Made by a program: the position numbers and the translations under genes. The notes under the pieces are model-generated. The model was not told where the DNA came from. It searched no databases and saw only the letters and a program-made list of their open reading frames with translations. Of a stretch of DNA of 32,000 nt, positions 8,263-15,270 are shown one piece after another. The stretch is from Promethearchaeum syntrophicum (GTDB lineage: Archaea; Asgardarchaeota; Lokiarchaeia; Sigyniarchaeales; Promethearchaeaceae), in NCBI RefSeq assembly GCF_008000775.2, contig NZ_CP042905.2, positions 360,001 to 392,000 of the forward strand, read 5' to 3'. Numbering within the stretch: position 1 is the stretch's first letter; every line of letters starts with the position of its first letter.

Positions 8263-9006
8263 TTACTTTTTACAATGATACAATATTATATCCTCAAAGA
8301 AGATATGATGAGATTTCTGTTCCAAAATTTTAACTTCTTGAATTTTTAAAGCCTGTTGGATAGTTTCCTGATTAACCAAACTGGAAGTTATAAAAAATAA
8401 TTCTCCATTTTTTTTAAGAAATTTAGAAAGATGATTTAAAAACTCTAATAACACTTCATTCCCAGTAGGTCCTCCATCCCATGCTAGATCTATTAATTGT
8501 CGATTTGTTTCATTAATAACATCAAGGTCACTTTGAAGGTATGGAGGATTGAAAAGAATTAGATCATAAGGTTGAACCAATTCATCGGTATTAAGAGGTT
8601 TAAAAAGATTTCCTTCCAAAAATTGAGCATAATTTTCGAGTTTGTTTAATTTTGCATTATATTTGGCAGTTTCCACCGCTAATGGGTTAATCTCAGTTCC
8701 GACGTGAAAGAAATTTACTTTTTTTTTTAAGAATCGAGAGATAAGGAGAAGAGAAATTGTTCCAGGGCCATAACCAATTTCTAAAACGCGAATTGGTTTT
8801 ATGTTTAAATTTCTTTTTGGGATTTGAATTTTTTTAATCCAATCAAGTATGAACTCAGAAATTAATTTTGTATCATCATGCGGAGAATAAACTTGTTCAG
8901 GAATTACCATATTTATTTCATAATATTCAATAATTTTATATTTTGAAAAATCATGACCCATCCAATTCAAACTCCTGTAGAATTTCATTTTTTCCTGTAG
9001 TTCCAT
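8263..9006 (-). CDS. HemK/PrmC/Mtq2-family class I SAM methyltransferase (NPPY)
   Basis: Motif I VLEIGYGPGTISL, catalytic LILFNPPYL, N-terminal VYSPHDDTKLI. Three in-frame ATGs (9006, 8988, 8961) are possible starts. They give 56-, 38- or 11-nt overlap with the ksgA stop at 8951. Confidence 0.8.
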   Translation of the reverse strand: MELQEKMKFYRSLNWMGHDFSKYKIIEYYEINMVIPEQVYSPHDDTKLISEFILDWIKKIQIPKRNLNIKPIRVLEIGYGPGTISLLLISRFLKKKVNFFHVGTEINPLAVETAKYNAKLNKLENYAQFLEGNLFKPLNTDELVQPYDLILFNPPYLQSDLDVINETNRQLIDLAWDGGPTGNEVLLEFLNHLSKFLKKNGELFFITSSLVNQETIQQALKIQEVKILEQKSHHIFFEDIILYHCKK

Positions 9007-9934
9007 ATCGCATAAGATTAAACAATTGCTGGGGACTAAATCTTCTAAGCTTTTTGTTGATAAAAGGGAATGATTCTGGGATTTTTATGATTTTTTTGAA
9101 GTACTTAAATTGAATTGCAGCATTTTCGTCATTTTTTAAGAAAAATGAAATAGCATTTCGTAATGATTTGTTTTTAAATGGGAAAATTCCCCTTAAAAAT
9201 GATAGGTAATCTTTTCGGTATAAATTTTCTGGAGAATCACTTGATAGAGAATTTTTTGCTGTCAATTCAATAACTACCGAAGTAACACGAGGTTTTGGGA
9301 AAAAACAAGATGGTGGAACAGTTTTAATTTTTTTGATATTAAGGTAGAGTCCCACAGCTGCGCTAATCCGAGAATAATTTTTAGAATTTACTTTTGCGAC
9401 CAGTCTATTTGCAAATTCATCTTGAACCATCAAAATGCAATTTTTTAATTTATCTATAGTCCATGAATCAATAATTTTAAAAATTAAAGGTGCTGAGATT
9501 TGATACGGAATATTTCCTACGATTTTGGTAACTCCTGGAAAGGGGATTTTAATCGCATCTCCATTAATAATAATTGCATCTAATTCTGTATATTGTTTAA
9601 AATCAATCGGATCTGATGTAAATTTAATTAATTCTACTTTATATTCTGCTTTCAGATTGTTATATAGGAAATTTGTTATTTTTTCATCATTATCTATTAA
9701 ATAAACCTTCTTCCCTCTTTTAATCAATGAATTAGAGAGTGTTCCTAACCCAGAGCCAATTTCCAGAATAATATCCTCATACTTATCTATATCCACTTCC
9801 TTTAGGATGAAATTTGCAATATTTTCATCGATTAGGTAACATTGACCTCTATTCTTATCTAAACGAATATTCAATTCACTTAGTTTATCTAAAAGTTGTC
9901 GTTTGGAATAAAATGGCACAAGAATGTTCTCCAA
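8951..9934 (-). CDS. ksgA: 16S/18S rRNA (adenine-N6,N6)-dimethyltransferase KsgA/RsmA/Dim1
   Basis: LDKNRGQCYLIDENIANFI, SAM motif ILEIGSGLGTLS, and VGNIPYQISAPLIFKI. It has a longer than usual C-terminal tail. Confidence 0.9.
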   Translation of the reverse strand: MENILVPFYSKRQLLDKLSELNIRLDKNRGQCYLIDENIANFILKEVDIDKYEDIILEIGSGLGTLSNSLIKRGKKVYLIDNDEKITNFLYNNLKAEYKVELIKFTSDPIDFKQYTELDAIIINGDAIKIPFPGVTKIVGNIPYQISAPLIFKIIDSWTIDKLKNCILMVQDEFANRLVAKVNSKNYSRISAAVGLYLNIKKIKTVPPSCFFPKPRVTSVVIELTAKNSLSSDSPENLYRKDYLSFLRGIFPFKNKSLRNAISFFLKNDENAAIQFKYFKKIIKIPESFPFINKKLRRFSPQQLFNLMRYGTTGKNEILQEFELDGS

Positions 9935-9971
9935 AATATGAAATTAAAAAATTTTTTTTTTAAAAATCTAC

Positions 9972-10676
9972 TTATCCTCGCTTTCGGGATCGCTTAACAA
10001 ATAAATAATGTTTTAAATCATCCCCCATAATTTCTTCAATAATCCGTTTACGAAATGTCTCAACTGGTTTAAATCCTGGGACTCTTGAATGTAAATCTTC
10101 AAAACTCTTAAATGGAGGTTTTTCACGGTTATTAATTATTTCCCACATCAATTTTTTTCCAATTCCAGGTAAAACTTCTAAGGAATGTCGTTTTATTGTA
10201 ATAGGACCTGAGTTATTTATAAATTCTATAAACCTCGGTTCATTTTCGTTAACATATTGTGCAACAACTACATCTAATGTAGAAGATGAAGTAGGAGTTA
10301 ATTCCAAAAATGTTATTTTTCTTTGGATTCTTTCATAGATATCTTGGTTCTCAGTTACAACAATTTTTTCTTGTAAACGTCTTTCTGTTATTTTTGATTT
10401 ATTCAAGCGAATTTCATAAAGCTGAAATTTAGATCCTTCTAAAATTTGAGCAATTGGATTCCATTGATGATCTGCTTTATCGATTCCACCATGTTGAAGA
10501 ATATCTAAGATATAAATTTCAGTACCTGGGTGTAGTCTTAATGTAGACTGAAATTTTGTTCGATCTCTATTTGACTTATAGCCACTTCGACTACTTCTTC
10601 CTCTATAATTTCCTTGAGATCTGTTATCTCTTCTTCTATTATTCCCATCATATCTTTGGTTTCTTCGATCGCTCAT
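9972..10676 (-). CDS. DUF655-family archaeal protein (OB + helix-hairpin-helix) with RG/RS-rich N-terminus
   Basis: LTPTSSSTLDVVVAQYVNENEPRFIEFINNSGPITIKRHSLEVLPGIGKKLMWEIINNREKPPFKSFEDL matches DUF655. It sits in the conserved neighbourhood with ksgA and rpoF. GGGAG lies 9 nt upstream of the ATG. Confidence 0.8.
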   Translation of the reverse strand: MSDRRNQRYDGNNRRRDNRSQGNYRGRSSRSGYKSNRDRTKFQSTLRLHPGTEIYILDILQHGGIDKADHQWNPIAQILEGSKFQLYEIRLNKSKITERRLQEKIVVTENQDIYERIQRKITFLELTPTSSSTLDVVVAQYVNENEPRFIEFINNSGPITIKRHSLEVLPGIGKKLMWEIINNREKPPFKSFEDLHSRVPGFKPVETFRKRIIEEIMGDDLKHYLFVKRSRKRG

Positions 10677-10992
10677 TTTTAATTCTCCCGAATATGCTAT
10701 AATATTTCTTTTATTTTTTCCATTTGTTTTATTACATTTTTTATTTAGAGTGTTTTATTTTTCTCCGAATCTTTAAAATTATATCCCTCTTCTTAACCAT
10801 CGAATTAAAATTACAGTGGTTTATCCTTAACTGCTTTAAGAATTATTGGAGGCGGGTCTAGATTCATTTTCAATCACATTGAAAAACTATGTTACTGCTA
10901 CTTACTACTATAATTTGAAATTAAGCAAATATAAAGCTAACCAAAAATTGTCATCTCCGAAATGGACTTTGAAGAAAAAATTGATTTTTTTA

Positions 10993-11361
10993 TTAAGCTT
11001 GTAAATCACGAATTTTTTGGATCATAATATCTAAATCTTCATCAGATAAATCCCTAAGGGTTACGTCTTTTTCTAAGATAACTCGTAATTCTTGATGATA
11101 GTTTGGATCGATATTGACTATCTGAATGGCGTATTCAATATCCATGGAATAATCTTTTACAAGCATTTTTATAATTTTTTTTGCGACTTCCGCGCTCATT
11201 TTGGAGAAGTTATGAACATATTCATAGGTTGCATCTTGAAATGGATCGGGTTGGATAGTTTCAATTTGTTCCATCTTTTCGAATAATTCTTCCATTATTT
11301 CTTTTACTTCAGGAATCGAAACCAATTCCTCTTTTATAATTTTTTTTACCATATCTACCAA
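10993..11361 (-). CDS. rpoF: DNA-directed RNA polymerase subunit Rpo4 (RpoF)
   Basis: By eye it is collinear with archaeal RpoF: VSIPEVKEIMEEL..., SKMSAEVAKKIIKMLVKDY, IEYAIQIVNIDPNYHQELRVILEKD. It is positioned between rpl21e and DUF655 as in many archaea. Confidence 0.8.
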   Translation of the reverse strand: MVDMVKKIIKEELVSIPEVKEIMEELFEKMEQIETIQPDPFQDATYEYVHNFSKMSAEVAKKIIKMLVKDYSMDIEYAIQIVNIDPNYHQELRVILEKDVTLRDLSDEDLDIMIQKIRDLQA

Positions 11362-11390
11362 ATCCCTTTTCTCATTTATTAAAAATAGAT

Positions 11391-11711
11391 TTATTTCTTT
11401 GCTTTATCTAATTGCGCGCCCTTATTCAATCTAAGGTGCTCACGTCCTAAGAACATGGTTTTCATTTTATTTCCATCTTTGACATGCACTCCATAACAAC
11501 GTCCACGTTCTTCAAATACAACACCAGTTTTTCCATGAAATCTTCTGTGTGGGAAACCCCTCTTCTGAAAAGATGGATCCCCAATAATGTCGATTTTGTC
11601 GCCTACTTTGTAATCTATCATAAATTTGGAAAGGCCGGGTAATCCTCGCTTTCTCACATTCTTTCTAAATATTCGTCTAGTCTTTGATCTGTATCCATGA
11701 TGCTTGGTCAA
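11391..11711 (-). CDS. rpl21e: 50S ribosomal protein eL21 (L21e)
   Basis: HGYRSKTRRIFRK...GLPGLSKFMIDYKVGDKIDIIGDPS..KGFPHRRFHGKTGVV is canonical L21e. There is no in-frame ATG. TTG at 11711 gives MTKHHGYR and is preceded by GGTGG 7-8 nt upstream. The track's TTG at 11735 is the alternative. Confidence 0.9.
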   Translation of the reverse strand: MTKHHGYRSKTRRIFRKNVRKRGLPGLSKFMIDYKVGDKIDIIGDPSFQKRGFPHRRFHGKTGVVFEERGRCYGVHVKDGNKMKTMFLGREHLRLNKGAQLDKAKK

Positions 11712-11821
11712 TGTTTTTCCACCTATAAATAACAACTATATAACAAAGATAGTTTTTAATAAGATTTCTAATTATCCATTTAAAAAAAAATTTGTGATTT
11801 TTGTCAATTTCAACGATTTCT

Positions 11822-12928
11822 TTATTGAGGAATGAAAGACATTTCTTTTGTAATTTTTTGAATGACTGCAACTGTCAACTCAACTATCATATTAACATCA
11901 TTTAGATTGACGATTTCACTCATTGAATGCATATATCGGTTTGGAATGGCGATAACTCCTGTGGCAACTCCTGATCGTGATATTTGAATAGAGCGAGCAT
12001 CATTCCCGGTTGCTCTCGGAGTTGCGAGAATTTGGTATGGTATACCTAATTCCTTTGCAGTTTCTACAAAAAGATTGAATAAAATTGGATTAATGTTGGG
12101 ACCTCTTACAATTACAGGACCACCGCCCATCTTTACTATTCCAATATCACTTTCTTTCATATCTGGAGTATCTGTCGCGAAAGTGACATCATAGGCAATT
12201 CCAACTTGCGGATTCACAGAATAGGTAGATGTTATGGCTCCCCGTGTCCCTATTTCTTCTTGGGTTGTGGCTACAGCATGAACTTCGCCTTCAAATTTTG
12301 TTCCTTTCAAAGATTTAATAACTTCTGCTATTATAAAGGTTCCAATTTTATCGTCAAAACATCTTGAAACAACTAAATCCCCTTTTCCTAAAGGAGCGTA
12401 TGAGTGCTCAAAAATTATTGGATCACCGATTTCGATACCTAATTCTTTAACAGCTTCTTCACGAGATGTTGCTCCTATATCAATAAATTGTTGGTCCAGT
12501 TTTACGACATTTTTGCGTTCTTCGGGTTTTTGTAGGTGAATCGCTTTTTTTCCGATAACACCAAGGATTTTTCCTTTTGATCCAGTTAAAATACGCACCC
12601 TATTTCCTGGAGTTAGATGGGCGTCAACTCCCCCTAACATGTGAAATCGAATAAAACCTTTTTCATCTATATATTTAACTTGAAGGCCAACTTCATCTAC
12701 ATGCGCCATTAGCGCAATTCTTGGGTTACCTTCCAAGTTTAATACAGCATCTACATTTCCCATAACATCTGTTTTTATTTTATCCGCTATATCATTCAAA
12801 TATTCACGGTAAACAGATTGGGCTGGTTGTTCAAATCCAGTCGGACTTGGAGCATTAACCAATTTTTCTAAAAATTTCTCGTTAATAATTCTAGGCTTTT
12901 TTTCAATATTTTCAATTTTTTCAGACAT
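11822..12928 (-). CDS. M42-family (TET/FrvX-type) aminopeptidase
   Basis: LVNAPSPTGFEQ, metal ligands in LMAHVDEVG, CFDDKIG, TTQEEIGTRGA, and IPNRYMHS. Confidence 0.9.
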   Translation of the reverse strand: MSEKIENIEKKPRIINEKFLEKLVNAPSPTGFEQPAQSVYREYLNDIADKIKTDVMGNVDAVLNLEGNPRIALMAHVDEVGLQVKYIDEKGFIRFHMLGGVDAHLTPGNRVRILTGSKGKILGVIGKKAIHLQKPEERKNVVKLDQQFIDIGATSREEAVKELGIEIGDPIIFEHSYAPLGKGDLVVSRCFDDKIGTFIIAEVIKSLKGTKFEGEVHAVATTQEEIGTRGAITSTYSVNPQVGIAYDVTFATDTPDMKESDIGIVKMGGGPVIVRGPNINPILFNLFVETAKELGIPYQILATPRATGNDARSIQISRSGVATGVIAIPNRYMHSMSEIVNLNDVNMIVELTVAVIQKITKEMSFIPQ

Positions 12929-13018
12929 GTTTGATTAAGATTTCTTTAATATTTGTTTTTTTTTAATTTCAAAATTTCCATAATTTATCACATTTTGAAT
13001 GTAGGGTTTCATTAACAA

Positions 13019-13028
13019 ATATTTAAAT
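13019..13028 (+). promoter_or_regulatory. TATA-box-like element upstream of the GNAT gene
   Basis: tatttaaata is centred ~29 nt upstream of ATG 13053, which fits a leaderless start at that ATG. Confidence 0.3.
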
Positions 13029-13052
13029 ACAACTGTGTCAAAGTCTAAAACT

Positions 13053-13913
13053 ATGGAAAATTCCGACATATTGAGAAAAACCTCAAAAAATGAGATAATA
13101 AATGCTATTGATCAAAATTCTATAGATTTTTGGAAAACATTCTCCAATTTTTTAGATAAAGATGAAAGTTTAAAGAAAAATCCCAAATTTGAAATTTCTG
13201 TGAAGAAGGAAGTATCAAAAATTTTTACAGGAATGAATCATCCTATAGGAAATGCGTTTACTAGAGCAAATTTCACAGAGCAACAAGTATACGAAAAAGT
13301 AAGTATCTATCTAAATCTGGCTAAACAAAAAAATATACCTTTTATTTGGTGGGTAGGAGCCTTATCTAAGCCCCATAATTTAGGAGAAATTCTCGCGAAA
13401 ATAGGTTTGATTAAAGATGAATCCCCCGGTATGTATCTAAATTTAAGAGATATTGATGAAACAAAATATAAAGCTGCTTTAAATCGTTCTAAAATTAAAA
13501 TAGAACAAATTTTAAATCCTAAAGAAGAAAAATTCTGGTTAGATCTATGTTCTACAATATTTGAAATGGAAGAAGTTAAAGATGAAATTGATCGTATGTG
13601 GCGCGTATGTTTAAAATTCTGTGATGCATATTTAGCTACTTATGAGGGAAACCCAGTAGGAATTTCTATGGTTTTTTATGGAGGGGGAGTTGCTGGGATT
13701 TATAATGTTGGTGTTCATCCTGATTATCGAAATCGAGGGATAGGTACAGCAATAACTTTAGCACCAACAATTCAAGCTAAAAAAAAAGGTTATGAAATTA
13801 GTATTTTAATGTCTTCAGAAATAGGATTCAAAGTATATTCTCAAATAGGGTTTCAAGAATGTTGCAAATTTAATCAATATATATATATTCCACAACCAAA
13901 TGAAGAAAAATAA
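13053..13913 (+). CDS. GNAT-family N-acetyltransferase
   Basis: The acetyl-CoA motif VGVHPDYRNRGIGTAITLA lies in the C-terminal half. The ORF opens at GTG 13035, but ATG 13053 fits the TATA spacing. Confidence 0.75.
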   Translation: MENSDILRKTSKNEIINAIDQNSIDFWKTFSNFLDKDESLKKNPKFEISVKKEVSKIFTGMNHPIGNAFTRANFTEQQVYEKVSIYLNLAKQKNIPFIWWVGALSKPHNLGEILAKIGLIKDESPGMYLNLRDIDETKYKAALNRSKIKIEQILNPKEEKFWLDLCSTIFEMEEVKDEIDRMWRVCLKFCDAYLATYEGNPVGISMVFYGGGVAGIYNVGVHPDYRNRGIGTAITLAPTIQAKKKGYEISILMSSEIGFKVYSQIGFQECCKFNQYIYIPQPNEEK

Positions 13914-14050
13914 GTCTATTTTGTATGGTTAGCTTAGGAAATCTCGAATTTCAATGACGCATGGACACATATGGTCTCATATGATCTCATAGGAATTTTA
14001 TTATTTTTGTATAACTCCCTAAGCAATTAGGGTATTAGATCATGATTTGA
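13824..14050. repeat. diverged direct repeat, copy 1 (last ~90 nt of the GNAT gene plus ~135 nt of downstream non-coding DNA)
   Basis: It aligns without gaps over the coding part, and with one 2-nt indel over the non-coding part, to 14990..15215. By hand count identity is ~71% in the coding-derived part and ~84% in the non-coding part. Confidence 0.85.
13960..13994 (+). promoter_or_regulatory. phased CATGG/CATATG repeat cluster, copy 1, upstream of the transglutaminase-like gene
   Basis: catggacaCATATGGTCTCATATGATCTCATAGGA contains four CAT(A)(T)G(G/A) units at 8-10-nt spacing. It is the best conserved core of the 226-bp repeat. Confidence 0.35.
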
Positions 14051-14105
14051 ATCATTTTTCATTCGAAACATGCTAATATTGAATTAAATTATTTTTATAT
14101 ATCCT

Positions 14106-14933
14106 ATGAATTACTTTGAAGGGATAGAGAAAATGAAGAAAATACATTTGAATAAAAAGAACAAAATTCTGGCAGTGATTGTGGTTCTGCTAGTAGTAGG
14201 TCCTATAACTGTAATTCTTATGTTAATGAATAATTCTCCGAGTCAATCTTATAACGTAATTTCTCAAGATCTCGACTTAGATGAAATGAATAGTTATCCT
14301 CAAGAGATTATTAGAATTAATGAAAATTCTGCAGGTATAGATATAGATATTAAAGTGAAAATCGATAAAAATCGTTTAAAATCTGTTCCATTGGAAAATT
14401 ATACTTATAAGGATGAAATAGCTTATTTCCAAAATCCCTCAAGTAAAATCCAATCGAATTCATCAATAATTGCAGAATTGGCAGAAGAAATTATTGGTGA
14501 AGAACAAGATATCTTAACTATCGTACGTTTAGTTGCAAATTGGACTAGTTCCTCCATTTCATATGATGAATTACTGGCATCTCAAATTTGGAATGGACAA
14601 TCTCAAACGCAAGACGCCTTAACTACATTAGAACTTATGACTGGAACTTGTAGTGAATATGCAAATGTTTTTATCGCAGTTATGAGATATATAGGTGTTC
14701 CTACTCGATTTATTACGGGAAAGAGATTTGAAGGATCTTATCACGCATGGGCGGAAATATATTTATATGAAATAGGATGGATTCCAGTTGATCCCCAACA
14801 TAATGTTATAAATTATTGCTATGAATCAAATGATTTTGTTATTCTTACCTGTGTGAAGCTTTTCGCAGGCTTAGATTTTGTCGATATTGGGATAAAATTA
14901 GCTGATCTTGGAACTATTATAAAAAAGATCTAA
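14106..14933 (+). CDS. membrane-anchored transglutaminase-like (papain-fold Cys-His-Asp) protein
   Basis: N-terminal K-rich segment plus TM (KILAVIVVLLVVGPITVILMLM). Core TGTCSEYANVFIAVMRYIGVPTRFITG...SYHAWAEIYLYEIGWIPVDP is present. An alternative ATG at 14133 (MKKIHLNKK) is equally plausible. Confidence 0.8.
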   Translation: MNYFEGIEKMKKIHLNKKNKILAVIVVLLVVGPITVILMLMNNSPSQSYNVISQDLDLDEMNSYPQEIIRINENSAGIDIDIKVKIDKNRLKSVPLENYTYKDEIAYFQNPSSKIQSNSSIIAELAEEIIGEEQDILTIVRLVANWTSSSISYDELLASQIWNGQSQTQDALTTLELMTGTCSEYANVFIAVMRYIGVPTRFITGKRFEGSYHAWAEIYLYEIGWIPVDPQHNVINYCYESNDFVILTCVKLFAGLDFVDIGIKLADLGTIIKKI

Positions 14934-14989
14934 TAATTATTTCAGTTTCCTAACGTTTCTACATAATTTCTCAGTAATAACAAGCTTAT

Positions 14990-15080
14990 GGATTTATAGT
15001 TTATTCTCAAATTGGTCTTAAGGAATAATTCAAATTTGGACGATAATAACACATGCTATATCCAATTGAAGAAAATTTAG
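14990..15080 (+). pseudogene. remnant of the 3' end of a GNAT paralogue (homologous to 13824..13913)
   Basis: It translates to GFIVYSQIGLKE*FKFGR**HMLYPIEENL*, against GFKVYSQIGFQECCKFNQYIYIPQPNEEK* in the intact gene. The length is the same, the alignment is ungapped, and there are three internal stops. Confidence 0.75.
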
Positions 15081-15125
15081 TCTATTTTGTATGGTTTGCT
15101 TGAGAAATCTCGAAATTTAAAAACA

Positions 15126-15160
15126 CATGGATACATATGGTCCCATATGATCCCATAGGA
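15126..15160 (+). promoter_or_regulatory. phased CATGG/CATATG repeat cluster, copy 2, upstream of the NfeD-like/flotillin pair
   Basis: catggataCATATGGTCCCATATGATCCCATAGGA. Both decamer units carry the same T>C change relative to copy 1. Confidence 0.35.
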
Positions 15161-15270
15161 ATTTTTTTATTGCTGTAAAACTCCTTATTTAATTAGGGCA
15201 TAAGATCACGTGATTATAATCGAAAGTGGACTTTAGGATAATGTATCTTAACCTAAAACGGAGATATAGA

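Larger units (their letters stand above)
14990..15215. repeat. diverged direct repeat, copy 2
   Basis: See copy 1. It lies between the transglutaminase-like gene and the NfeD-like gene. Confidence 0.85.

Noticed and set aside
10677-10992. Two tiny minus-strand ORFs in the rpoF-DUF655 spacer (MVKKRDIILKIRRKIKHSK and MNLDPPPIILKAVKDKPL), and a possible C/D-box sRNA
   Set aside because: There is no Shine-Dalgarno-like box, no resemblance to known small ribosomal or RNAP subunits, and no RUGAUGA/CUGA box pair. The spacer is kept only as an unexplained gap in the findings.
11092-11871. ORFs 11092..11286 (+) and 11677..11871 (-)
   Set aside because: The first is antisense to rpoF. The second spans the rpl21e 5' end, the intergenic spacer and the 3' end of the M42 peptidase gene in another frame.
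14017-14032. Hairpin CCCTAA-GCAA-TTAGGG (6-bp stem, GNRA-like loop) in repeat copy 1
   Set aside because: The corresponding sequence in copy 2 (ccttatttaattaggg) cannot form the stem and shows no compensatory changes, so a conserved RNA or terminator structure is unlikely.
13824-15215. Interpreting the repeat-flanked transglutaminase gene as a transposon or integrated mobile element
   Set aside because: There is no transposase, integrase or tRNA target and there are no terminal inverted repeats. The direct repeats are ~226 bp, diverged, and derived from a resident gene end, which fits segmental duplication or recombination rather than a target-site duplication.
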